Positions 45,201 through 58,100 of a DNA stretch of 64,000 nt are shown here, piece by piece. Position 1 is the stretch's first letter. Each line of letters begins with the position of its first letter. The notes beneath the pieces are model-generated. The model saw nothing but the letters and a program-made list of their open reading frames with translations, was not told where the DNA came from and did no database searches. The DNA is from Macrostomum lignano (lineage: Eukaryota), in assembly GCA_002269645.1 (NCBI GenBank), contig NIVC01003232.1, positions 18,545-82,544 of the forward strand, in the 5' to 3' direction. The position numbers and the translations under genes were made by a program.

Positions 45201-47011
45201 AGCACCGTGTGTGATTAAGTCAGAGCTCTGCAACTCGCTTGGAGTGTCACCTGAGTATTTTGACGTCCACTATAGTGGAAAAATGACGAGCCATGTTATG
45301 GACAATTCTGTTATTCTTGGAAGAATTATCAATCCTCACCTCAAAGAGTCGTTTGAGCTTTCAACAAGAACGTCATCGAGTACTACACTTATAGAAGTCA
45401 ACGAATTCTTTTTCCGCATGTTTCACGAGTACACCTTCAGTGAAAAGAGGAGTCGTACGCATACTGAGCAGCAGCAGCCGAATCAACAGATCGAGCAGAA
45501 TTCATCATCAGACACGGACGAAATGACCGACGACCATCTCTCTGAGCAAGACGAGTGTGAGATTCGTAGAGACGATGTTCAAGAGATCCACCGAAGCCTT
45601 AAAAAGTTCACTTTTCTAGAACGGAAGCGACGAGCAAAGCAAAATCAAAGATTGGTAAAGTCGTCCTCTTTTTCCTCCAATGGCATAGCTGATTCGACTG
45701 AAAAGCCTGGCCTCAATCGTCGAGACACCAAACCTGCAGATCGAACTTCCGAAACATGTCCAGTGGTAGAGACTGGCATGATAAAAATCAGTGCACCAAC
45801 TAGTACATCGACTGTCTCAGAATCATCTGCTATAGCTTCGTTTTCGCTTGAGTCATCGAATATAAGTGTAAAGAGCGAGCCAATTGAAATTCCAGCTTCA
45901 GAGGAAGAACAACAGTTTGTTAGCAGTCCTGAACAGCTTCAGCGAAAAAAATGCGCCTCCAGAGTTCGTTTTGTAACTCCTAGAGCCGGTTATCGTCTCC
46001 AGAGCTCTGCTACTAAAGTTCCCGAAGTTTCGCGAGTAGAAACAATTTCAAAAGCTTCTGAATGCTTTTCAGACACCAGTGAAGAAGCCGACCTTTCTTT
46101 TTATGATGCTAATTTAGATTTTAATGACTCAGCTTCGATTACAGTGCCGGCTATTCGCACTTCTCGGCGCAAGGCCAATCCTTTGACTTCTTTGCACGCT
46201 GAAAAGTCACCTCGGTATTTAGTTGGTGAGTCAAAATCTGTGTCAATTTCAATAGATCAGACACAATCGGCATCGCAGTTGTTTAAGCAGACAAGTTCTG
46301 TCGTAACTCCAGTAAGCGAGACGAAAGCTTCGCCGCTTAATGCGTCTGTTAGCAAGAGTGCTCCCGAAACTCAAACCCAGTTTGTTGAGCGTGATGCCCC
46401 GACATCTGTATTCAGAGTTAATGTTCTGCCTCGTGTAGGAAGTTTGACAAAACAATTTCACAGGACGTCTGAATCAGTTTTTCCATGCCCGAGATTTCAT
46501 AAGAGCAAAATCTTGGGTCCTTCAGCAATGGTGAGGATCCTTAAGCCTACAATTGAAGTGAGTCATGAAACGAAAGACCCCGCTCAAGGTCTTCGTGCAT
46601 CTTTGTCTACTGTTGCATCGATTCCTTCAACAAGTAAAAGTCACGTCACTGTCCTACAAGGATCCGATCAACTGCCTTCTAAGGGAAATCTTCAAGACCA
46701 AGGTAAAGAAATGTCTTACGTGCTAGCATTTCTGATTTAGTAATATCCTAACAGGCTAATTTGGGTATTAGTTAGATTTGTGTTTTTTTCTGATTACATT
46801 GAATAAAGAAAAAAATTAGTGGTTATATTGTTGAAAATCATTGCATTATATTGCATATTTTCATTCACATATTTTTGTGCTTTACCTATCCTAGGATTGT
46901 TTTTACTCATTGTCAGGATCTCGACTGTTTGTGAAAGGTCAGTTCCGACCTGTCCGGGTAGTCGTCTCACCTGCAAGCAAAGCGGCTTCCCGATCTGATG
47001 CCCCAATCTAA
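42222..47011 (+). CDS. Ankyrin-repeat protein, candidate divergent BCOR/BCORL1-like. Exons 42222-42384, 42850-46702, 46917-47011, 5' exon(s) not located
   Basis: 3.85-kb open exon with about 3 ANK repeats (GRSSLHIAM, GLTPLMLACRNG, GNTLLHEAV...GAD) at 44710-45090. Junctions are phase-consistent (AAG|GTATTC to TTTAG|GTT, and G|GTAAAG to TCAG|GA). The BCOR call is by-eye alignment. Confidence 0.8.
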
Positions 47012-50000
47012 CGGCTTAAATTGCAAGACTAAGTTTACAAGTCCGTATTAACTTGTTAATATGCATTAAACTGTGTTAGTTGGTTTAGCTCCTCTGTTGT
47101 ACTGAAGCTGATGAGATCAGAAAATTGTTAAAACTTAAACTTGCTTGTGCTGTTTGATGTTTAATTGGATCTCACTTTCTCTTGTTTTTAGTAGTATTCA
47201 TATGTACCATTGAAGCGGTGCATAGTTAATAATTAAATCCTTGGCTAAATGGTCAAGCAAATTGCTTTTGTTTGTTTCATGTTTCGTTCTCATGATTGGG
47301 CTGTTGCAGTTTCTTTCAGCCTTGTTTTGCAAAATTTTATAAGCCATGTTCACACTTCACATTTCTCCATCTCTTTGTGGGCTAGCTGCCTCAATAGCTC
47401 AATGTAGTTGTTTGGTCTTTCTGCAAAAAAATGGACATGGTGTCGTAGTACAACTTGTTCGAGTATGTCATGACCATAACCACATACTAGAATGACTAGT
47501 AACTGATCCGTAAATGTCACTCGAAATTAAGGTTTGAAAATAGTAAATTGTCTACTTTTTTTACTTGTTGTCAATAGTGTCTTGCAATTAAATATGACAG
47601 CTACAGTTCTCAGGGTTTGCGGCCTCGGGGAGCATATGGAGTAAAGAAAGAATAACAGGTATTTAACACGATGTACACAAGCGAATGCAAGACGGGCGAG
47701 GCGAGAGTTGCGGCAGAGCCCCCCCCCCCCAGGGCTGACCCGCGACCTGATGCTTTTAAGGTCACAGCGTTTTAACAACAACGGGCGAGACTCAGCCCAG
47801 AGGGGGCAGGCCCAATCTAGCTCAGCCAATGAACGAGCAGTAAGGAAAGATTTTAAAGTCAAACAGACACAAGCGGGCAAGAGAGAAGCCTAACTGTTTA
47901 TCGGCCTGGTTGGGGCGCCACCCCTTTTCTCTTGCTCACGGTGCACATTAACTAGATTTACGTTTTTCAGTTTTATTGCAGCCTTCAGTCTTCGAATTCA
48001 TTTTTTAAAAATATTTTCGAGTCTAAGGCAGTCTGGAAAGTCTACGAAACAGGATGAAGATGCTGATTTTAATGGGTTTGCTTTTAGAAAGCCAGAGGCG
48101 ATGGTAGCTCTAAGAACTTGTAGTATGTAAAATTAAGAAAATGTTTATTTACTATTGTATAAAGGCAAAACTAATTTTGCTACTTAAAAAGTGATGAGTG
48201 CCTTTCACAAGTGACACAGCTTTTCTAGTATCTGTGGTTATAGCTCGAAAACTCAAATAAAAATATAACAAACTAATTTTCAATTTTTGTCCTTAGTGAT
48301 TTGCTTGCTTTCACAATTAAGTGTTACCAGACATTCGATTTTGTAAAATAATTTGATAAAGTCAGTCTTTGTTTCTTTCAGTTCTCAGTTGTCTTGCAAT
48401 TTGCGCTTGTTTGAAAATGTGTGTTTTGTTTATTTATGCTGACTTGTAGTAACTGAAATTATTTTTGTTACGTCTCAAAGCTTTCAGTTGCTAGTAAAGT
48501 AGTATGTGTTGCAAATATGATAAAAATACTAGAAAAAATATTATTTTCCTTTAGTCCGCATTAAAGGTCTTATGTAGAGTTTTTCATTGGGTAGAAAAAG
48601 GCTTTCGAAAAAATTTCCTAGTTTTTTGTTCTGATTTTTTAATTCTCATAACTAAACGTGCTTGTTGCCCTCAAATGTCTTACCCTGTGCCGTTTTATTT
48701 TAATAAAGCTTTCATTTGGTGTGACTTGCTGCTCTAACTAAAATTGGCAGTTAGCCAAATGGAAATTTTATACTGCTCACCGGATGTGTTCGTTTAGAAA
48801 TATGGTTTAGGATGTGTAATAAATAAAACCGCTGTATAAAAAACTAAAAATTCTGTAAAATATTATACTCATAATTAAAACTGTGCAAGCCCCATAAGGC
48901 TATTAGCCTTCATTTTATAAGGTTTTTCTGCTAACCTTTAATTTTTAGTGGTTTTTATTTATCTTTTAGATCTTGCCATAAAATGTCTTTATTTAGAGCA
49001 GTTCGATCATTAAGATCGAAGACAAAAAGGTTTTGAATATAAAAGCACCTTGGTCATCGAGGCACTTGGATGACAGACACTTGCGAAAGAACAAGTTGAG
49101 GCGGCACACGCTGACCTGTTGCGCGCCGCCTTTTAGCTCGATCGGCGACAAACGATTTTGAATAAGGCACTATTCCGTCGTGCAGGCCTATATAGTCCGT
49201 CGAAAGCGACATGTCTGTTTCGCCGTTGGCGACTCCAGCTGGCATCATCGCACCGAGTTGCACCACCCACGGCTAGAGCCGGTTACAGCAGGCACCCTTG
49301 ATGTATCCTGCAACATTGAAAAAATAGGATACACTCGTACAAGTCTCCCTATCTATGAGTGTACATGTACAGCATACATGTATATGTATAAGATTTAGAC
49401 ACTAGCTAGTATACATTTATGTAAGTTAATTATTGTACGTGTTAAATACTCTGTGGAAATAACTGGGAGCTGATGCAAGTTTCTAATGGCACGTCGAAAA
49501 TTTGGCAACTTTGAACCTGACATGCCTGATCCAAGCTATAACTATTGTGTACAAGTTTGAAATGCCGAAAAGCACCAATAAGAGGATCAAATCAGACTAT
49601 ACTAATTTGTATGTGCAAGTTTTCAATTTTGGCATTGGAAAAGTCATATCGAACCTTTTTACTTTAGCAAGTGTACGAGTAGATTTAGTAAGTAAGTAAC
49701 TCTCGTAAATTAAAAATGGCATCTTTAGCCTGTACATGTATTGCTATTGTACATAACGGTGTTACATGCACATTAGCTGGTCACTTTTTGCCTACTCTTT
49801 GGTCACCTTGTCTTTAGACGAAAATCTTTTCCCTTTCGTCTGAATCGTCCACTTATTTAAAGAAGTCAACATTTAATGCAACTGAACTAGACTATTTTTT
49901 TCTGACTTCTGAGATTACGCTTAAGATCTTAAATCATACTCCGCAAAATTTATTGATTACTAAAACAAAGTGAACCTAGAGTAAAAGCAAATTTTTAATA

Positions 50001-50184
50001 TAAAATCTTTTAATAAAAGTTATTACGTGACAATATCAATTATTATTGTATGGTTTAATTCTGATAAGCTCTATTTTGTTTGCATATCACCTTTTTAAAT
50101 CATTGCTCGCGAAATAAAATTATTAAGTTTAATGGTAAACAGACAGACATCGTTTGCGCTAATTTAATGTACGTCAGCAGACGA

Positions 50185-50350
50185 CAGGGGTGGACCCTGA
50201 AAAATTTCTTGAGGGGGCCAAGCTATACCTAGCAACTACAGCGCAATATTAGAAAATAGACCTTGCATAGTTACAGGCCAAAAAATAGCCTACTTTTTTA
50301 CCACTGAGGGTAGCCGAGCCGGAAAGGACCTCTCCCTGGATTCGCCCCTG
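50185..50350. mobile_element. hAT-type MITE, 166 bp
   Basis: TIRs CAGGGGTGGACCCTG and the reverse complement CAGGGGCGAATCCAG. 8-bp flanks GCAGACGA and GCAGACAA (7/8 match) are consistent with a TSD. Confidence 0.75.
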
Positions 50351-52162
50351 GCAGACAATCGGGTATATTATGTGGTGGTCTTTCGCATTTCGCATAAAGT
50401 CTTGTAATCAAATGGCAGCATCGTCCAGTCTTATGTGATCATATAGTGTTGGTGATTATGTGCATTATCGCTTATCTCGTTGTCATGACTATCATGTTAT
50501 CTGGTATTCCTATAATATATTTTTTATAAGCCTATATATTTATGAATCTCTTAAATTAAATGTAGTAGGCCCAGCTAAAGTTCGCCCATATGTGTCAACT
50601 AAAAAGATAAAAATCAGTTATTTTTATGTAGTAGTAGTAATGAATTGATCAAATTAATTTAATTTTAAATTAGGCCTAATGTCAACTGCCTTTTCTTATT
50701 AATAAACTTAGTTAATGTTAGGCCTAGTTTCTTACTTGTCTTAGACTTGGACTATAAATGTCTAATATGTGATACAATATTTAATATTTCCATATTTGGA
50801 GCTTAACTTAATAAGTAATACATTTGTCAACAGTATAATACAACAATTGGGTGTATGTATTATATTGTGGTCTCAGGTCTTTTGCATAAAGCCTTGTGAT
50901 CAAATGACAGCATGGTCTAGTCATTATATAATCATATTAGTATTAGTGCTCATATATAATATCACTTATGTTTTATATCTATTAATAATGGCACATTCTT
51001 TTAAAATGAAAAATAGTATTTTGCCATAGCTATAGCTACAGCTATGGCTATGGGATAGCTGTTTTATATAGCCATTATATAATTATAATTATATAATTAT
51101 ATAGCCATTTTATAATTTATATTTTATTGAAGTTTAAAGCAACTTTAAATAAGTCTGCCTTGTTGATGAATTTGCTTATCTTGTTTTAACTATTGACAAA
51201 TTCAACTTCTACCTATTGATGAATTAGAAATTGACAAAGTCTGTATAACCTATTCATCAAGTCTTAAATTCATAAATGTAAAATTCTAATAGTAATAGAA
51301 TAATTTCAATTTAAAAAAGAAATCAATTCTTTTGCAAGGTCAATTTTAAAAAAAAACTTCTATAAAACTGTGCATTGTTGTATAATATATTATAAATAAA
51401 TCTACAATAATTATATTGGCACATTCTATTAATACTGAAAAAGAATATAATTAGAAAGGAAAGGATAAAAGTTTTACAAAAAAGTATTGATCTGTTACTT
51501 TTTATTTTTAGCTTTACTTTTATTGTTTTCTCTTTTTTATTGTAGCCAATAATCTATCAATGGAATGACAGTTAAATTAGCTAAATAAAAATGATACAAT
51601 TGAATATCAGCTTGTCAATAAAGAATGAGTTTTTGTTAGTATGCCAGGCCCTATATATAGTATATATAAATACTTCTACTAGGCCTATGTCTGCTAATAG
51701 TATTAATAGTAGTAATATACCTATTTTAATTTTTTGTTGTGCAAGTCATCTAAATTTAAATTATTACTTTTTAACAAAAGGCAAGTTAATGACATCTAAA
51801 ATAATTTTTACTTGGAAAAGAAGTTAAAAAATACAATAGAAATGATGTAGAGTAATGGAAGGTAAATGGAAGAGATAATAAGTATTAAAAACCATTATTT
51901 TATTACCTTGATAAAAGTACCTTCTGTGCTAATTATCCTAGGCCTAAGATACCAGTACCTCCTTTGAGAGCCTTGGCCTAATGAGCCACCAATTGCTCAG
52001 CAGGATATTTTTTAGTTATAACCTACCTGATGTGTATTTATAAAGCTGTACAATTATCATAATTAGTCACAATTGCTATTGATGTAAAAGTACATCAGCA
52101 CCAGCCCAATCACACAGCAGTGACAGTCAGGCCCACCTACTATTGGCACATCGGCCCAGCCA

Positions 52163-55100
52163 ATGAGCAGCAGCGCTCAGCGCCAACACTCGGCCAGCCG
52201 AAATCATGGTGGCCACGCCGCCTCCTCAGTGCCGGCGACCTCTCGCAGCGGCGGCGCCGGCTCCTCAGATCCGTCTGCCTTCCTGATGGTCGGGCCCAAC
52301 TTTAAAGTTGGCAAAAAAATTGGCTGCGGCAATTTCGGCGAACTCCGCCTGGGAAAGAATCTTTATAACAATGAGCACGTGGCCGTTAAGCTTGAGCCGT
52401 TGAAGTCGCGAGCTCCACAGTTGCACCTTGAGTACAGATTCTACAAAGAGTTGGGAAACTGCGAAGGCGTTCCCCAGGTGTTCTACTTTGGCCCAACGCT
52501 CAAGTACAACGCCTTAGTGATGGAGCTGCTCGGCCCGTCGCTCGAGGATCTGTTCGACATCTGCGACAGACATTTCAGCTTGAAAACTGTGCTAATGATT
52601 GCGATTCAGCTGGTTAGTGATTATTTTTTGCTTAATGCATTTTGCTTGCCTCTGAGTTTTGTCTGTTTTAGCCCTACTAACGTCAGTCTTAGCCCTACTA
52701 ACGTCAGTCTTAGCCCTACTAACGTCAGTCTTAGCCCTACTAACATCATTCTTAGCCCTACTAACATCATTCTTAGCCCTACTAACATCATTCTTAGCCC
52801 TACTAACATCATTCTTAGCCCTACTAACATCATTCTTAGCCCTACTAACATCATTCTTAGCCCTACTAACATCATTCTTAGCCCTACTAACATCATTCTT
52901 AGCCCTACTAACATCATTCTTAGCCCTACTAACATCATTCTTAGTCGTACTAACATCATTCTTAGCCCTACTAACATCATTCTTAGCCCTACTAACATCA
53001 TTCTTAGCCCTACTAACGTCAGTCTTAGCCCTACTAACATCAGTCTTAGCCCTACTAACATCATTCTTAGCCCTACTAACGTCAGTCTTAACCCTACTAA
53101 CATCATTCTTAGCCCTACTAACATCATTCTTAGCCCTACTAACATCATTCTTAGCCCTACTAACATCATTCTTAGCCCTACTAACATCATTCTTAGCCCT
53201 ACTAACATCATTCTTAGCCCTACTAACATCATTCTTAGCCCTACTAACATCATTCTTAGCCCTACTAACATCATTCTTAGCCCTACTAACATCATTCTTA
53301 GTCGTACTAACATCATTCTTAGCCCTACTAACATCATTCTTAGCCCTACTAACATCATTCTTAGCCCTACTAACGTCAGTCTTAGCCCTACTAACATCAG
53401 TCTTAGCCCTACTAACATCATTCTTAGCCCTACTAACGTCAGTCTTAACCCTACTAACATCATTCTTAGCCCTACTAACATCATTCTTAGCCCTACTAAC
53501 ATCATTCTTAGCCCTACTAACATCATTCTTAGCCCTACTAACATCATTCTTAGCCCTACTAACATCATTCTTAGCCCTACTAACATCATTCTTAGCCCTA
53601 CTAACATCATTCTTAGCCCTACTAACATCATTCTTAGCCCTACTAATATCATTCTTAGCCCTACTAACATCATTCTTAGCCCTACTAACATCATTCTTAG
53701 TCCTACTAACATCATTCTTAGCCCTACTAACATCATTCTTAGCCCTACTAACATCATTCTTAGCCCTACTAACATCATCTCTTAGCCCTACTAACATCAT
53801 TCTTAGCCCTACTAACATCATTCTTAGCCCTACTAACATCATTCTTAGCCCTACTAACATCATTCTTAGCCCTACTAACATCATTCTTAGCCCTACTAAC
53901 ATCATTCTTAGCCCTAACATCATTCTTAGCCCTGATAATTTTAGTCTGTAAATGTGTGCAGCAGTGCAGCAGTCGCCTATACTACTGCATTTCTTAAACA
54001 GAAAATCCTACCTACAAATTTTTTTTTGTAGTTAGCAACTAAATCTGATGTTTATAGGATATTAGGAGATAGGATATTCGACGTCAGAGTATTGCAGGGA
54101 CTTTTAGCATCCAGATAAGTGACGCCACTTACATCAGATCTGGCGCCATTTACATCAGACTTAGCGCCATTTGGCCCATTTGCATCAAACTTAGCGCCAT
54201 TTACATCAGACTTTACATCGCCACTTACATCAGGCTTAGCGCCATTTACATCAGACTTTACATCGCCACTTACATCAGGCTTAGCGCCATTTACATCAGA
54301 CTTTACATCGCCACTTACATCAGGCTTAGCGCCATTTACATCAGACTTAGCGCCATTTACATCAGACTTAGCGCCATTTACATGTACATCGGACTTGGCG
54401 CCACTTGCATCAGGCTTAGCGCCATTTACATCAGATTTGCTGACTGTGTAGGTCTTAATCAATTATTTCACTATAATTACCGTGGCTGTTTTCGAGCTCC
54501 GAGTACCTGCTAACCAGTGCCGAGCGGCTTGCACTTTTAGTTACGAGTGGATTGCATGATGCAAGATGACAGCAGCCAAGAGCCTCTACCGCCCACCCCA
54601 TTTTCTCCGCCAACGCAGATCTCGCGAATAGAATTCGTGCACAGCAAGCATCTGATCTATCGCGACATCAAGCCGGAAAACTTTCTAATCGGCCGACAGA
54701 CCACACGCAAGCAACACCTGATCCATATAATCGATTTCGGCCTCGCCAAGGAGTACATCGATCGGGAAACTAACAAGCATATTCTGTATAGGGAGCACAA
54801 GAGCCTGACTGGAACAGCCAGATACATGAGCATTAATACGCATTTAGGCAGAGGTGAGTGTGTTTGCTCAATTAATTACATGTGTATGTGTCATGACACA
54901 TACTACTACTAGCGTACTGACCTAGGTATTTCTAGAGTTTTTTGTCGATTTTTGTTGTTATTTTCTTAAACTTTTATCCTTAAAAGTTTGTGAAAATATA
55001 CTTCGCATAAATATACTATTGCTATTTTCTGCCAAAAGAAGGAACAAGCTTCTGTCTAGGTTGTACTTCTTGCGAAAACCCGAAATCCAAGACTTTTTCT

Positions 55101-58100
55101 AAGAAACGAAGGTTCTTCTTGAGTTGTGTTTGTAAGCGCCCTACAGGGGGTCTAGCGCGGCGCTCTGGTGTGCTAGCGGCCCAGGCTCGATTCCAAGTGC
55201 AGTCACATTAATTTGGGGCTGAATTGGAATCTCGGCTTGGCTCTGCTCGTGCAATTAACGGCCTTGAGAGCCAACCCCCCAAGGCGCAGTGAAGTGTACG
55301 TGCCTAACGATAAATAAAATCAGGGCCGCTGTACACTCCTGTTTGAGTGTGTGCCTGTGCGTATGACTACGTACGTATCCGCGCGCTTGTGTGCCTGCTC
55401 AGGGTGGTCTGGGCGGAATGGGCAGCAATGCCTCTCGCCGGTTGTGTGACAATGTCGCTTAAAGTGCACCAGGGTGCACACAGCCCCTGGCTCTAATAAA
55501 CGCCGTACACGGGACCACTTCATTCAGAAAAGCGTAAATCATATCCGTGTCCAGAGGCCTCCAAAATCTCGCTTATAGAGAGCTTCTAGCTCGTGATCTC
55601 AATCAGCTTGCATTTCTATTTGTTTCATAATCGCGTCAATTTGTTTTTCATTCATGAAGCAATTGAAAAAGCTTTTGTACTTCGTTTTTTATTTTTTCCA
55701 GAGCAATCCCGTCGAGACGATTTGGAGGCGCTCGGCCACATGTTCATGTATTTCCTGCGCGGCAGCCTGCCCTGGCAGGGACTCAAGGCCGACAATCTGA
55801 AGGAGCGCTATCAGAAAATTGGCGACACTAAACGGGCCACGCCTATTGAAGTGCTGTGCGAAGGATTTCCAGGTAAGCTGGGGGTCACCTGCCCCGTCCG
55901 TTTGACTGGAACTCGTCTCTGAATGCAACCTTTCACTGCTCACTGGCTCCTGCTGTCACTCCATTCCACTGTCACTCTATCCTACTGTCACTCCATCATA
56001 CTGTCACTCCATCATACTGTCACTCCATCCTACTGTCACTCCATCCCACTTTCACTTCATCCTACTGTCACTCCATCCTACTGTCACTCCATCCCACTTT
56101 CACTTCATCCCACTTTCACTCCATCCCACTGTCACTCCATCCCACTGTCACTCTATCCTACTGTCACTCTACCCTACTGTCACTCCTTTCCACTGTCACT
56201 CCATCCTCCGTCAATTACCTGTCACTACCTGGCCTCGCTCGCCCGCAGAGGAGATGGCCATCTACCTTCGCTACGTTCGTCGGCTAGATTTCTACGAGAC
56301 GCCGGACTACAATTATTTGCGCGAACTGTTCACCGGCTTGATGACCCGCAATAACTGGACTTGCGATTGGGACTTCGACTGGGTGTCCCGGCAGGACAGA
56401 ACGGTAGGATCGGGGATGTGTACCTAATAATGTTAATAATAATTGGGCACCCTGGCGCAACGCCTTCGGGGACATCGTCCCATTGTCAGCGGTTATGCAA
56501 TTCTGGCCATTCTGCCCATTCCACTCACTCCTGATTGAGTAAGAAAAAGCGGAAGAGAACGAGAGAGAGAAAATAAGGGGTGAGAAAGAGAAGGAGAGAG
56601 CGATGTGGTGAGGAAAAAGGGAGAGAATAGGGCTGAGATAGAGAGGGAGAGAATAGGGCTGAGATAGAGAGGGAGAGAATAGGGCTGAGATAGAGAGGGA
56701 GAGAATAGGGCTGAGATAGAGAGGGAGAGAATAGGGCTGAGATAGAGAGGGAGAGAATAGGGCTGAGATAGAGAGGGAGAGAACGGGCTGAGATAGAGAG
56801 GGAGAGAATAGGGCTGAGATAGAGAGGGAGAGAACGGGGCTGAGATAGAGAGGGAGAGAATAGGGCTGAGATAGAGAGGGAGAGAACGGGGCTGAGATAG
56901 AGAGGGAGAGAACGGGGCTGAGATAGAGAGGGAGAGAATGGGGCTGAGATAGAGAGGGAGAGAATGGGGCTGAGATAGAGAGGGAGAGAATAGGGCTGAG
57001 ATAGAGAGGGAGAGAATGGGGCTGAGATAGAGAGGGAGAGAGCGATGTGGTGAGGAAAAAGGGAGAGAATAGGGCTGAGATAGAGAGGGAGAGAATAGGG
57101 CTGAGATAGAGAGGGAGAGAACGGGGCTGAGATAGAGAGGGAGAGAATAGGGCTGAGATAGAGAGGGAGAGAATAGGGCTGAGATAGAGAGGGAGAGAAT
57201 GGGGCTGAGATAGAGAGGGAGAGAATGGGGCTGAGATAGAGAGGGAGAGAATGGGGCTGAGATAGAGAGGGAGAGAACGGGGCTGAGATAGAGAGGGAGA
57301 GAACGGGGCTGAGATAGAGAGGGAGAGAATAGGGCTGAGATAGAGAGGGAGAGAACGGGCTGAGATAGAGAGGGAGAGAATAGGGCTGAGATAGAGAGGG
57401 AGAGAACGGGGCTGAGATAGAGAGGGAGAGAACGGGGCTGAGATAGAGAGGGAGAGAATAGGGCTGAGATAGAGAGGGAGAGAATGGGGCTGAGATAGAG
57501 AGGGAGAGAATAGGGCTGAGATAGAGAGGGAGAGAATGGGGCTGAGATAGAGAGGGAGAGAGCGATGTGGTGAGGAAAAAGGGAGAGAATAGGGCTGAGA
57601 TAGAGAGGGAGAGAATAGGGCTGAGATAGAGAGGGAGAGAACGGGGCTGAGATAGAGAGGGAGAGAATAGGGCTGAGATAGAGAGGGAGAGAACGGGGCT
57701 GAGATAGAGAGGGAGAGAACGGGGCTGAGATAGAGAGGGAGAGAACGGGGCTGAGATAGAGAGGGAGAGAACGGGGCTGAGATAGAGAGGGAGAGAATGG
57801 GGCTGAGATAGAGAGGGAGAGAACGGGGCTGAGATAGAGAGGGAGAGAATAGGGCTGAGATAGAGAGGGAGAGAACGGGGCTGAGATAGAGAGGGAGAGA
57901 ACGGGGCTGAGATAGAGAGGGAGAGAACGGGGCTGAGATAGAGAGGGAGAGAACGGGGCTGAGATAGAGAGGGAGAGAATGGGGCTGAGATAGAGAGGGA
58001 GAGAATGGGGCTGAGATAGAGGGGGAGAGAATGGGGCTGAGATAGAGGGGGAGAGAATGGGGCTGAGATAGAGAGGGAGAGAACGGGGCTGAGATAGAGA

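Noticed and set aside
49054-49310. GC-rich patch with a short ORF faintly recalling a DDE transposase motif
   Set aside because: Too short and no convincing catalytic motif. It could equally be a 5'UTR exon or promoter of CK1g, so it is left uncalled.
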